64,000 nucleotides of DNA, taken from the NCBI GenBank assembly GCA_943704425.1, contig CALSCP010001986.1:1-64000 (forward strand). Direction: 5' to 3'. Below the pieces are notes generated by a model. That model made no database searches, was not told the DNA's origin, and saw only the letters and a list, made by a program, of their open reading frames with translations. This document shows, piece by piece, positions 36,143 to 47,300 of the stretch (its first letter is position 1; each line of letters starts with the position of its first letter). This stretch comes from Ministeria vibrans ATCC 50519 (taxonomy: Eukaryota; Protista; Filasterea). The translations under genes and the position numbers were made by a program.

Positions 36143-37184
36143 ATGTCGAAAATATTTGTAACGCGCAGTGGCGTGCGCATAGCGTACGAAGTGCTGAATG
36201 GACGGTCGGCAGCACTACCACTTGTGGCTATCCACGGTCTGTCAAGTGTGCGTCAGGATTGGGGCGTGTTTTGCACAGAGCTGGCGAAAGAGCGTCCTGT
36301 GGTTGTGTTTGACAATCGGGGAATGGGCGAATCGAGTGTGAGCGAACCCGGAACCTTTTCGCTCTCGGACATGGCGCAGGACACGACGGAGTTGGTGTCG
36401 TCGTTGGGGTGGACGCGCATTGCACTGCTGGGGCTGTCAATGGGCGGGATGATCGCGCAACAGCTGTTAGTCGACGACCGCCATCCGTCCTTCCTCGTCG
36501 ACCGTCTGGTGCTGATGGGCACGCACAGCGGAGGGCCCACCGCCGTCCTGGGCAGTGCATTCCGCCAAGCGATGCTTGATCAGTTTTCCATGGCGCCTCC
36601 GCCCAGCACTCCGGAGACAGCGGCGCAGCGAGCACAGCGGCACAAGTCACTGGTACATCATATTGACTTGACTGTGTTCTTTCTTCACATTTCACAATTT
36701 TCTGTTGTGTTATTTTCTTCCACTTCTCTCTAGATGCGACCTATTGTGGCACTCAACTACACACCTGCGTTTGTGCGTGATCACCCCAGCAAATTTGAGT
36801 CGCTTCTCAGCGAAATGATCCTCCACCGTCGGTCCGTCAGAGGAATCCGTACAGCAACAACAACACATACCAACAACAACAACACATGTATATCTAACAA
36901 CTCTGTGTGTACATGCGTGCGTAGTGGGCCAAGTGCAGGCAATTGCTCAATATGATGTGAGCAAGCAGATCGCGACGGGGATCCGACAGACAACGCTGAT
37001 CGTGCACGGCGACGCAGACGAAGTTGTCGACCATGCGAACGCAGTGGCGCTGCAGCGGACTCTGGGGGCGCGCGCACAGCTGCTAACGGTCCCGCGTGGG
37101 GGTCATTTAGTGTACAATATGGATGGTGGGGTGAGCGCGAGGGTGGTGGGTGACTTTTTGAGGAGAGGAGAATCCAAATTGTGA
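36143..37184 (+). CDS. Alpha/beta-fold hydrolase with a C-terminal PTS1 (SKL)
   Basis: Motifs AIHGL, FDNRGMGES, nucleophile GLSMGG, acid HGDADEVV and His GGHLV. Three exons; the protein ends GESKL*. Confidence 0.9.
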
Positions 37185-37230
37185 GGGTGTATTATTTTTT
37201 TTACAGTGAGTGATCGATCCCTTTTTTTGT

Positions 37231-38964
37231 TCAGTAGGGGTAGTCTGTTGGAGGAGGGACATCGGGCATGAGATGGTGCGGGCTATCGTAAGGGGGTGGG
37301 GGCGGGTAGGGGTACGAGTTGGGTACATGGGGGGAGTAGGAGGAGTAAGAGTAAGGGTGGTGGGGATGGGGTGGTGGAGGCGGGCGGGAGGGCGACGGTG
37401 GGTAGTGGTAGTCGATGGGAGGAGAAGATGCCTGGTGCGGCGGGTAGGCTGAGTAGTAATAACCGCCGTGAGTGGGAGCGGCATCGTGGGGCGCGTGGAG
37501 GGGACGGTGTTGCTGGTGGTAGGGGGGAGGGGAGTGCGGAGGGGGTGGGTACTCGCCGGTGTAATATGCGGACTGTGGGGGTGGTGCCTCCGGGTAGTAC
37601 TCATGTGGTTGCTGATAGACTTCGTAGCCAGGTGGCACCCTTTGTGGTGGTGGTGGTGGTGGTGGTAGACCTTGGCTGATGGGTTCGGAGTACTTGTTGC
37701 CACGACGACCGTGCTCCTCTTCATCTTGCACTGCCCTGTCGAGGCTGTGAAAACCATCGTTCCAGACGGTGCCTGCGGCATGCGCAGCCGCCCGCTTCGA
37801 ACGAGGACGTTTTTTGGGACGGTGCCGATAGGCCGAGTCAGCCGGCGTCTCGTCGTCGGTGCCGTCATTTGCATCGTCGGGGTCGCTGGTGTGACGTGAT
37901 GACCTGTCAAGCGCGTGTTTGGCGGGTCGTGTGATCGCTTCGAAGGGCACTTCGGCAGTGCCACGGCCCTCGACAATGCCTTCGCCTTCGTAGTAGCACA
38001 CGAGTCTCAGGTTGCTGTCGGCGCCCGTGTCGGAAATGATCTTCTTGTTGAGACCATTGGCCTTGCGAACGCGCTGCTTCGAAGGTGTCACCTCCATCTC
38101 CTTGTAGATGAGCCAGCCGGCTTTGGTCGAATACGATTTGCTCCACGATCGGTTGTCTGTCCATCGCGCCACAAGGGTCGCATCAAAGATAAAACACTGC
38201 AGAAAAAAGAAGCGCATGAATTTTAGGCGGTTTTGTTTTGCCACAACGAATTGGAATTTTTAAAACGAGAAAAGAACCATTGTCGAGCAGAAAGCAGCGG
38301 AGCGACGAAGCGACAGGCGGGTGCACGGAACCAGGCAACATATTTGACAGGCGACGCAGACGGCAGAGACGCGGAAGAGCAAACAAAAAGGCATTTTTGC
38401 TCCAAGTTGTTCACACTTGTCAAAAATTGTCAAGACGAACGTTTGTTTAGGGACACAAAGAACAAAGCGCACAGCGGAATTGAAGCGTGGAATCACGAAA
38501 AAAACAAAAGGGGCGACAGCTACGAAGAGGTGGTGGCGAAGCAGCGGCGGCGAGAAGAGGCTTGCGCTACAGCGAAGGGAGACCAAAAACGACACTGAGA
38601 AAAAAAAAACGAAAGAAAAGAAAGAAGAAAGGAAAAAGAGAGAAAGAGGAGAGGGGAGAGGGGAGCAAGAGAGTGTGGAAGGAGAGGATGGGAGAAGTTG
38701 GAGATGGCGTACGTCACCCGGACGGATTTGCGACTTCTCCTCTGTCGTCAGATGATGCCCCAAGATACTCCATTCGCCCAGACGCGCCTTGTGGAAGAGC
38801 TGCTGCGCGCCTGGGGCGGTGAGGGTGCCGTCGGGCGACGTGGGAATCCGGAAGTTGTCCATGGCTGTGCCGCCTGACGAGTGGCTGCGCTTGGCACGGG
38901 CCGTCGTGTCCGCGCTCCGTCCGTCCACACCCACTACGATTTCGTCGCTTTCCGACGACGACAT
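37231..38964 (-). CDS. WOPR (Gti1/Pac2, Wor1-family) DNA-binding protein with a Pro/His/Tyr-rich C-terminus
   Basis: Exon 38964-38713 joins exon 38196-37231 in phase 0. The product reads AQQLFHKARLG...EEKSQIRPGD|CFIF...VARWTDNRSWSKS...WLIYKE...KANGLNKKIIS...LRLVCYY, matching the WOPR pattern LFEA..G...ER..I.SG.VF...RWTDG..WSPSR...FL.Y.E...GL.KKT.S...HLVSYY. Confidence 0.82.
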
Positions 38965-39279
38965 CGTCAAACGTGACTCAAATGTCAAAGATGAAAGTAG
39001 TGAAACGAAACGTATTTAACGTGAATAACGTCGGAAGGAATGAGTATTTATGATTGAATATGGAAAAAGACATAGTACACACACACAGACACACACCCAC
39101 CCACCACATACACTTAAAACTTAAAAGTTTCACATGTACGTACACACATACACTTATATATGCCTCAAGGCATTTTTGAAAGTCGAAAGCCGTCATCCAA
39201 TAAAGATCAAAATTTTAATATCTTATTATTCACTTTCTTTTTCTACCTCCCGCCCATATACAATTAACCTTTTGTCAGT

Positions 39280-40054
39280 ATGCTCCGATTTGCTACATCA
39301 AGAATCTGCTCTCCAATCGTCTCTGTAAGCCGACGAGCACTCACACACTTACACTCATCACTCAACTCATACGCACTTCACTCACTCACTCACACACCCA
39401 CTCACCCACTCACGCACACTCGACTCTCTGCTCCGATCTATACACGGGGATTGTACATGTGCGTATAGATGCTACGTGATCCTTTGCATTCATCTCTGTT
39501 ACACTGAATGGTCGACCTTTTTCTTTTTTTGTCCCATTCAGCGATCCTTTTCGACGACGATCACAGCACGCCAGGAGACGTAAGTGCGCAGCGATTGATG
39601 CGAACATGTTGTTTACTCTGTTGTGTTGTGGGTGTGCAGGGTGAAGATTCATTTTGTGGACACGGAAGGACACACTGTCACGGCGAATGCAAAGGTGACG
39701 GCGAAAACATGAGTCATCTTCATGCACGCTCTCACGCCTCTGTGCTGCGCGCCCCCTCCCGTCTAGATTGGCGAGAACCTCTTGGAGGTCGCACAGAACC
39801 ACAAGGTTGACTTGGAGGGTGCATGCGACGGCACACTCGCCTGCTCCACCTGTCACCTTGTGCTGCCCGAGTCGCTCTTCAACGCACTCGACGAGCCTAG
39901 CGAAGAGGAGCTCGACATGCTGGACCTGGCGACCGATCTCACCGACACCTCTCGACTCGGCTGTCAGGTGATTGTCTCGGATCTCATGGAGGATGTGACT
40001 ATCAAGGTACCGCTCTCGATGGACGTGCGACCGGGCAAGGCGACGCCAAATTGA
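39280..40054 (+). CDS. Mitochondrial [2Fe-2S] ferredoxin (adrenodoxin family)
   Basis: Four exons give the presequence MLRFATSRICSPIVSRSFSTT, then EGACDGTLACSTCH, EEELDMLDLA and TSRLGCQ. Confidence 0.95.
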
Positions 40055-40173
40055 ATCGATGCGTTGACGAGCCGTCGCTTGTGTAGTATTCTTTTTTTAT
40101 TTTATTATTACTATTATAAAAAAAACCCTCCAAAATAATGATTGTACAGAACACAACATGTATGTGTCTTAAT

Positions 40174-41697
40174 TTAGTCTTGCTTCGTGTCTTTGGTAGT
40201 AAGTGGACGTGGTGTCGCTGAAGTGCGACGGTGCACAGTGACGCGGAGGGCAGAGGGACGTAGGAGAGAATCGTGACTGACTGCGACAGCATTGGGCTCG
40301 TCGTAGGCGTCGGCGGAGGCAGACTCGTCCGACGGCAAAGGGGCGACGAGGGTGAAGCGGAAGGAGTATATGACGGCGGAGAGGAGGACGCGTGCGTAAA
40401 GGCGGAAAAGGGACTCGCCCGGGCAGTGGCGCGGGGTGGCACGGGCAAACGGATGTGTGTCGGTGTGGCGGAGCAGACAGACAAGAGAGACGCCCGGCGG
40501 GACGTGCACCGTGGGACTCAGTGCAAACCCATCGAGTGACTCTACCGTGCGCGTGACTGTGAACACAGCTGGGTGTGCTTGCAGAGTCTGCTCCAGTAAG
40601 GCGTCGACGGCAGCAAGGCGACTCGTCGCTCGTGGTGTCCACAGCCCCTCATTTACTTCTTTTTTTTCTTCTTCTTCTTCCAGCTCGCTATATCTTGCGC
40701 GCACTGTCTCCTCCACCACATCTGCCGGTGGCTCGTCGAGCAGTGCCCACGCAAGCGAAGCCGCACTGCTATCAATACCGCCGGCAAACAACGTCACTAT
40801 TTGATCGCGTACTTGGCTGCGTGTGAGTGTCTGTCCGTCGTCGCTGCGCGACGCCAGTAGCAACGAAATAAAGTCATGCTTGTCGTCATTTTGCTCTGCA
40901 ATATGCCGATCAATGACACCTCTCAAGTAGCCATCGACGCACTCGATGTCTGTGTTGCATTGCCATCGCAGAATAGTCGGGCCAAAGTAAGGCAGTGAGT
41001 TGGCAAGGGAGCCGCGCCGTTGGACAAGACGCACTATTGCGTCGCAAAACTCTCGACACTCGAGCAACTCGCGGGCGTCTGCTGCGGTGGCACTCTGTAG
41101 CGCAAGCACGTCCACACTCTCGTTTCCCAGACCAAAGTCCACCAGAAGACTCAGCGTTGCGAGCTGCAGTACTTCGACAAGGTCGAGTTGATCCTCAATG
41201 CGATCGTCGAGAAAGTCGAGCACGCGACGCACCTGACGCGTTACTCGCGCATACATTGCGGCCTGTCCATACGCATGGTAGGCCTTGTGAGTGAGTGCTC
41301 GCTGCAGACGCCACGAGTCCCCTCCGGGCTGCACAAGCAGACCATGGACTCCCCAGATGGACGAGAGCGTCGTGAACGAGCGGGGTTTGCGCAGCGCGGC
41401 GTCGCTGAGCACACGCTGGACGAGAGCTGCGTCCGAGATGAGAATCGAAGGACGATACAGTGACATGAAGGCAACAAGCGAGCCAGACTCCTCTCGCATC
41501 GTCTCGTACAGCTGGTGGGGCAGCATGGAGACGTTGACATGGCCGAAGAAGGGCCGAGCACGCCGTGGCGGTGTCGGGAGACCAAGCGAGCGCAGCGTCA
41601 CATACGCACGACACTGGGCAATCCACCACACTGCAACCACTGCAAAGGTCAGTGCCCACGTGCCAATGCAGATGGCGGTGAAGGCAGTGGCAAGCAT
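40174..41697 (-). CDS. Atypical cytochrome P450 (intronless, N-terminal membrane anchor)
   Basis: N-terminal TM plus Pro cluster (GLPTPP..PFFGH), C-helix WRLQR, DFISLLL, I-helix LFAGGIDSS and heme motif PFARATPRHCPGE. ExxR and PERF are absent. Confidence 0.8.
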   Translation of the reverse strand: MLATAFTAICIGTWALTFAVVAVWWIAQCRAYVTLRSLGLPTPPRRARPFFGHVNVSMLPHQLYETMREESGSLVAFMSLYRPSILISDAALVQRVLSDAALRKPRSFTTLSSIWGVHGLLVQPGGDSWRLQRALTHKAYHAYGQAAMYARVTRQVRRVLDFLDDRIEDQLDLVEVLQLATLSLLVDFGLGNESVDVLALQSATAADARELLECREFCDAIVRLVQRRGSLANSLPYFGPTILRWQCNTDIECVDGYLRGVIDRHIAEQNDDKHDFISLLLASRSDDGQTLTRSQVRDQIVTLFAGGIDSSAASLAWALLDEPPADVVEETVRARYSELEEEEEKKEVNEGLWTPRATSRLAAVDALLEQTLQAHPAVFTVTRTVESLDGFALSPTVHVPPGVSLVCLLRHTDTHPFARATPRHCPGESLFRLYARVLLSAVIYSFRFTLVAPLPSDESASADAYDEPNAVAVSHDSLLRPSALRVTVHRRTSATPRPLTTKDTKQD

Positions 41698-41820
41698 ACA
41701 ACAATAATATTGAAAATAATATAAAAAAATATTGAAAATAATCCTTGATAATTGATTTGTATCGTTTGTATTTTGGGTTTATTACATTTTTGAGCACACA
41801 TGAGGGGCGTATCTTTCTCG

Positions 41821-42873
41821 TCACTTGTTCTTGTCCGCACTTGTCTCGACCTTCAACTCGGTCGTCACCAGATCGTGCATATGGGGAAACGTCAAGTTCT
41901 ACAGCAGCAATAGAGACGGGAGCTAGTGTCAATACGACAAGGTCGGCTGTCAGTGTATACACACCTTTTCGTCGAGCGCCGACTGAGCCCATGCCAACAA
42001 ACTGAGCAATCTAGGCAGTTTGGGCGACTGTTCTTGGCACTGTGCCTCCAGAATGGCCGAGTTGAGTTCACTGGCCGTCTTCTGCCGCTGTGATGCATCC
42101 AGCAAATACCCCACAGGTGACTCTACACACGAATTGTTATAAATATATACAGAAAACAAAATAGAGAGACAGACAGACAGACAGACATATAACATTCATA
42201 CAGACACAGACACACACAACGTCGTATACTACGCACAACATACTCACTACACTAAACTATCCCAATGCTTTGTCCTCTTTCATCTTTGCGTACTTTCTAC
42301 GGAATCTCTGTCAAACGCCAGTAGCGCCATGGTACGTTCAAGGTCTGCAAGGAAAGTGGGATTCTCTTCGCCACGACGCGCCAAATGTTCCTGTGCAAAC
42401 TCAAGCGCTTCGTCGACTTTGTCGTCGCGAATCAACTCAATGAGACGCTGCTGCTGCAAATGGAAGTAGAGGGCGGGGTTGGTGTCGAGGATCTCGGGGT
42501 TGAGATCATTGACGAGGTCGACGGCGGCGTCAATGTCGCCGCGCTGGACGGCTGCGCGGATGCGCATGCGACTGTCGATTTCGCTTGCGTCGCACCCCGT
42601 CGCCATTCCGCTCTCTTCCGCAAACTTCTCCGCCGCATCCTTGTATCCTTCGATCACCAGAAAGTTCATCACCAACTTGTTCATGTCGGCCTTGTCCAGC
42701 GACACGGCGTCCATCTGCAAGGCGGAAAAGACGCAAAGCGACAAAACGACAAGAGGCGAAATGTTAATGTTCATTGCAACAAACACTCCTGTTGACCACA
42801 ACGTGGGGCAGCTCAATAGAAAGTTTGACGGTACCCTATTGTTCCATTCGGTGAGCTTCGCGGCAGCCGCCAT
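41821..42873 (-). CDS. GID8: GID8/TWA1 (LisH-CTLH-CRA subunit of the CTLH E3 ligase)
   Basis: Motifs DMNKLVMNFLVIEGYKDAAEKF, LYFHLQQQRLIELIR, LERTMALLAFD, QRQKTASELNSAIL and LLAWAQ. Last exon reads NLTFPHMHDL...*. Confidence 0.93.
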
Positions 42874-43124
42874 AGTGAAATGTGTATTGTGTGAAGAGTA
42901 AGAAAAAAAGTACAATCAATTTGAACTTCGACAAAAATTTCGTGAGAACGGAATAAAATTTAGTACAAAGTACACTAGTCAGTAGCAGTCAGTACTCAGT
43001 AGCTCAACATGGTGTATGGTGTGTATATACAATTGTTTTGTTTCTATTCTCTTTCTCTCTATCACGTCGTGTCTTTCTCCTCTCCCTCTCTCTCTCTCTC
43101 TCTCTCTTCATCGTATCACTCCAC

Positions 43125-44265
43125 TCAAGTGCACGCAAAGCCCGCCGTCAACTGCTTTTTGATGACGTTTTTTCCGCCGTGTCCGGTATAGCCCGAACCG
43201 TCAGACGCAAGCACAATAATGTCCTTGCTCGACCCACACGGCCGTTCGCACGTTTGACACCGGAGACTGGGAGTCACAAATTTCTATTCAAAGGTATTTG
43301 TGTCAGGTCACACACCATCATCATCTTCAACCTGTCTCACTTTCATGCATGTGTCACAAAACACATGTCCGCACGGTCGCAACACGGACATGCGAGGCCC
43401 GTTGATGAGAGTCTTGCGACAGGCGGGGCACATGAAGCGGTCGTTGCCGGCGCGTCGGCTTGAGTCGCCGTCGCTCGAGACGGGCGTGAAGTGCACGCTT
43501 ACCAGCTGCTTCAGCTTCAGCGTGTGTCGCTCCGTGCCTCCGTAGCAGTAGCAATGTGAGTCTGGCGCCTACACAAAAAAAACCACAACCAGCTCAATGC
43601 ACATTACATATGAACCGTGTACTAATCGGTTCTACCTCGATAAGGGTTGGCTCGGCGGCAGGCGTGAGAGACGGAAGCCAAAAGGACGGGAGTACAGCAC
43701 GATCGGTGAAGCCTGCCGAGCGAGCGGCAGACGCGCCTGCGGTGGTGGGAATGGCAGAGGCTGCGGCCGCCGCCGAAGAGGTGGTACCCGCGGCGACAAG
43801 GGCGCTCTCCGTCACATTCAACTTGGCGCCCGTTGTCGCGTTCGTTTCGCGCGACTGGTGAGCATAGAGCTGCGACGAGGCCGGCGACACCAGGTCGGAC
43901 GCCTTGGCAGAGCCTACACCTGTCTGACGACGCAGAAACTCCTCGGTGGCCGCCGTCTGCGTTGTGTTTGCGGACGTCGTCTTGTCCGCCTCCATCATTT
44001 TCGCTTGCGCCTTGTACGCCTCCAGGTTCCTCTGCGCCGCCTCCTTCTGACCCACAAGACTCTTGATCACGCATTCCTTGCACGCAAGGTGTCCCTTGGG
44101 ACAGCACACGGCGTGCAGCGCGTGTTTCAGGCAAATATGGCACGCATCAAAGTCGCGACAATGGTCGCGCGTCACTCGCGTCGTCTGTGTCCCATACCCA
44201 AGTTTCTGTCGTTCTGCATACGAAAATACGGGGTTCGCCGTATTGTTCTTCGAGTGCTTTGACAT
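43125..44265 (-). CDS. NOSIP: Nitric oxide synthase-interacting protein (RING/U-box-like)
   Basis: N-terminus MSKHSKNNTA..FSYAER...GYGTQ..R...D....FDAC, then LPSFWLPSLTP, FMCPAC...LRPCGHVFC, and a last exon with DIIVL...GSGY. Confidence 0.92.
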
Positions 44266-44381
44266 GGCTGTTGAAAAAGTTTCTATTTAGAATTTTAGAT
44301 GAGAACAATAGTTTATGGATTTTGATTTTTGGTTTCATTGGTCAAATATTTTGATTTTTTAGGCTTTAGCCATTTTAATTC
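44266..44381. promoter_or_regulatory. Very short AT-rich bidirectional promoter region (NOSIP / PI3K)
   Basis: Only 116 bp separate the two divergent ATGs. Confidence 0.6.
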
Positions 44382-47300
44382 ATGAGCGCCCCTCCCCCGC
44401 CGCCACCACGGCGCAATAGACCCCCGCCTGCGCAGCTTATTGTAGAACGGGTGGTCGAGGCCGAAGAGGCGCCGCCACCGCTCCCGCCACGCAGCGATCG
44501 GCGAGCCACAGCGACGAAACCAACCGTCAAGTTCGACACAACGCCCTCCGCAACAAATGCCCCTCCTTCCCTCTCTCCTGATCCTCGCCAACCCCCGCCA
44601 CCCCCGCCGTCGCGTGTGACTATTGTCGAGCGTGCTGCCAAGGGCCTGGACACTGCCCCGTCGTCCCTGGCGGCAACGCTGACGCCTCCGTCGCGTCAAC
44701 AGTTGACGCAGTCCATCATCGAAACGCAGCTCGCTGTTGACTTCCTCCTGCCCACGGGCATCATGCTCACCTTGACGTGTCGCTACGACATGACCATGGC
44801 CGCCATCAAGCAGCTCGTGTGGCAGGAGGCCGCTAAAAAGCCGTTGTTTGCCCTGCTCGGCGCGCCCACGCAGTATTCGTTTGTGTGCATCAACGCGCGC
44901 GGCGAAGTTGAGCAGCTCATCGACACCAACCGTCGTCTGGGCGACGTCCATTTCTTTCGACCCGTCCTGCGCGTCGTCGAGGAGGGCGGCAACAGTGCTG
45001 CGCGACGAGTCGACGAGCACATCAACCTGGCGCTCCCTTCCACGCTCGGCATGCTCAGCCGCTCGCACGATCCCGAGGCCGATGCCTTTCGCGCCAGCAT
45101 CCTCACAGTCTGTCGCAAGGCTATCGAACAGCGTGTTCAATCCTATCAGGTACGACTATGTCTTCTCCTTCTTGTGTGTATGTGTTTGTGTTTGGAAAAC
45201 AACGACCCTTTTTTCTGTCTCCCCTCTTGCAGAACATCGAAGACTTGTACGCGTATCCTCCGGCCGTGGTGGGCGGCCGTCTTCCAAGACGTATCCGCGA
45301 GTTGCTCGAGACGTCGCCCAGCTTATTACTGACCATCTTTTTCAACGAGGGGGGTCAGTCAGTTGAGTTTAAGCTGCAAGTCGAGGCACAGACATCGCCG
45401 CCAACCGTCATCTCGCGCATCTTTGAGAAGCTCGCCGTGCAATACACGCGACCCGAGCTTCCCGAACATCTCAGTGCGCTCAAAGTGCGCGGTCGTCGCG
45501 ATTACTTGCTGGGCGGCCACCCGCTTATTGACTATCGCTATGTGCGCGAGCGAGTGTTGCGCAAGGAACCCATTGAGATCATGCTGGCAGCGAACCCGGC
45601 CCTCATCCACGACACGTCACTTGCCTTGGGTGCCGATGCGTCCAAAATTCTGCTGCAACAGTCCCTGGCGCGCTGGGAACGGGCTCTTCCGTCGCTGTAC
45701 ACTCCCTCGGCACAACCACTAACCCACTTGCGCTCCACCGCGTCGATCATCAATGACGCGCGCAGCACCACTCTGCAACGTTCGCGCTACTCCGTGCACA
45801 TTAAAGGCGCTACAAACGTCATTACGGGCACCGTCGACGGTATTTTCATCCGCGCAGGACTTTATCATGGCGACACGCCACTCTGTGCGTCCGTGCGCAC
45901 CGTCGCCGTTGCGCCCACCATGAGTCCCACCTGGAACGAGACGCTCGTCTTTGCCATGTCTCTGCGCGACTTGCCTCGCTCGGCGCGTCTTTGCATCACC
46001 ATTGAGACCATGCGCGAGCAGGGCACCGTCGTTGTCAAGGCCGACAAGCGACTACGCAACGTGTCGCTCAACGACCTACTTAGCAGTGGTACTGCTTCCT
46101 CCTCCTCCTCATCGTCGTCGGCTCGACATTCAGCGCGGCCTATGAGCCACCGACAAAAAATGCGCAACGAAGACCTCGTACCCATTGCGTGGGTGAACAC
46201 GAGCGTTTTCGACTATTGTGGCCGTTTGCGTTTGGGCACGACCGAACTGCACACTTGGCCTTGTTCAATGCGCTTCTCGGCCGACTTGCAGCGCCTTAAC
46301 CCGACCGGCACGGCCGTTGCCAATCCCGACCGTGCCTGCGCCTGTGCTTTGAGCATTCAACTTCCCGAAGAGCAGTACGCGTGGCAGCCAGTGGAGCCCA
46401 AGAAGCTGCGTGCCACTTTCGCTGTAGGTCGACGTCTCGTGGACGAGCCGCAGGCGCCCTACCAGCCGTACACGGCCGACGAGGTAGTTGCTTTGCGCGC
46501 CATCTTCCGTCTCGACCCCCTCACGACACTGCGCCCCTCCGAAATTGAGCTGTTGCGACGTCACTGGCAACACTGCCTCGGCGAAGAGGGCGCTCTTCCG
46601 AAGATTCTACGCTCGGTCCGATGGGGCGTGCGCGAGGAAATGGAACAAGCGTACACAATGCTGCAGCAATGTCGACCACTGGACCCAGCCGACGCCATTG
46701 CACTGCTGGGGCCCGCCTATCCAGACGCCCTTGTGCGCTCCTTTGCCGTAGGTTGTCTTGCTCAGCTCGAGCCTGACCAGCTCGTCAACTACCTTCCTCA
46801 GCTGGTGCAGGCACTCCGTCATGAGATCTACCTTGAGTGCGACCTTGCGAGCTTCCTGCTGACAGAGGCGCTGCAAAACCAAACGGTGGGCCATTACTTC
46901 TTCTGGTACCTGCGCGCCGAAATGGACATTGCGCCCGAGTCGCGTGTGCGCTTTGGGCTGCTTCTCGAGGCGTATCTGCGTTCATGCGAGTCTCACTTGG
47001 ACTCAGTGGTGCTGCAGTGCCGAGCCATGCGCGAATTTGAAGTGGCCGCCGTGTACCTGAAGAGTCTTGATGCGAGCAAAATGAAGCGCCCGGCCATGCT
47101 TGCTGCGTTGCGTGACCACCTGCGCGAGCGCACTGTACCGCAAATTGAGCCGTTCCAGCTCCCACACAATCCTGCGGTGGTGGCCGGGCGACTTCGGCCC
47201 GACTCATGTCGCTTCTTCTCGAGCAAGAAGCTCCCGCTTTTGCTGGTGTTTGCCAACGACGACCCGTCCGGCTCGGATGTTGTTGCTATGTTCAAGCACG

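Noticed and set aside
34993-37184. panC plus hydrolase as a metabolic gene cluster
   Set aside because: The predicted compartments differ (presequence versus SKL) and there is no evidence for the hydrolase substrate.
39469-39475. 7-nt micro-exon in ferredoxin intron 1
   Set aside because: The flanking exons already join in phase 0; inclusion would cause a frameshift.
39280-41697. Ferredoxin and P450 as a bacterial-style redox pair
   Set aside because: The ferredoxin has a mitochondrial presequence and the P450 an ER-type anchor. The genes are convergent, so adjacency is probably coincidental.
42961-43005. AGTA/AGTC-rich repeat upstream of GID8, resembling the 4608-4655 cluster
   Set aside because: Too short and degenerate to support a shared regulatory element.
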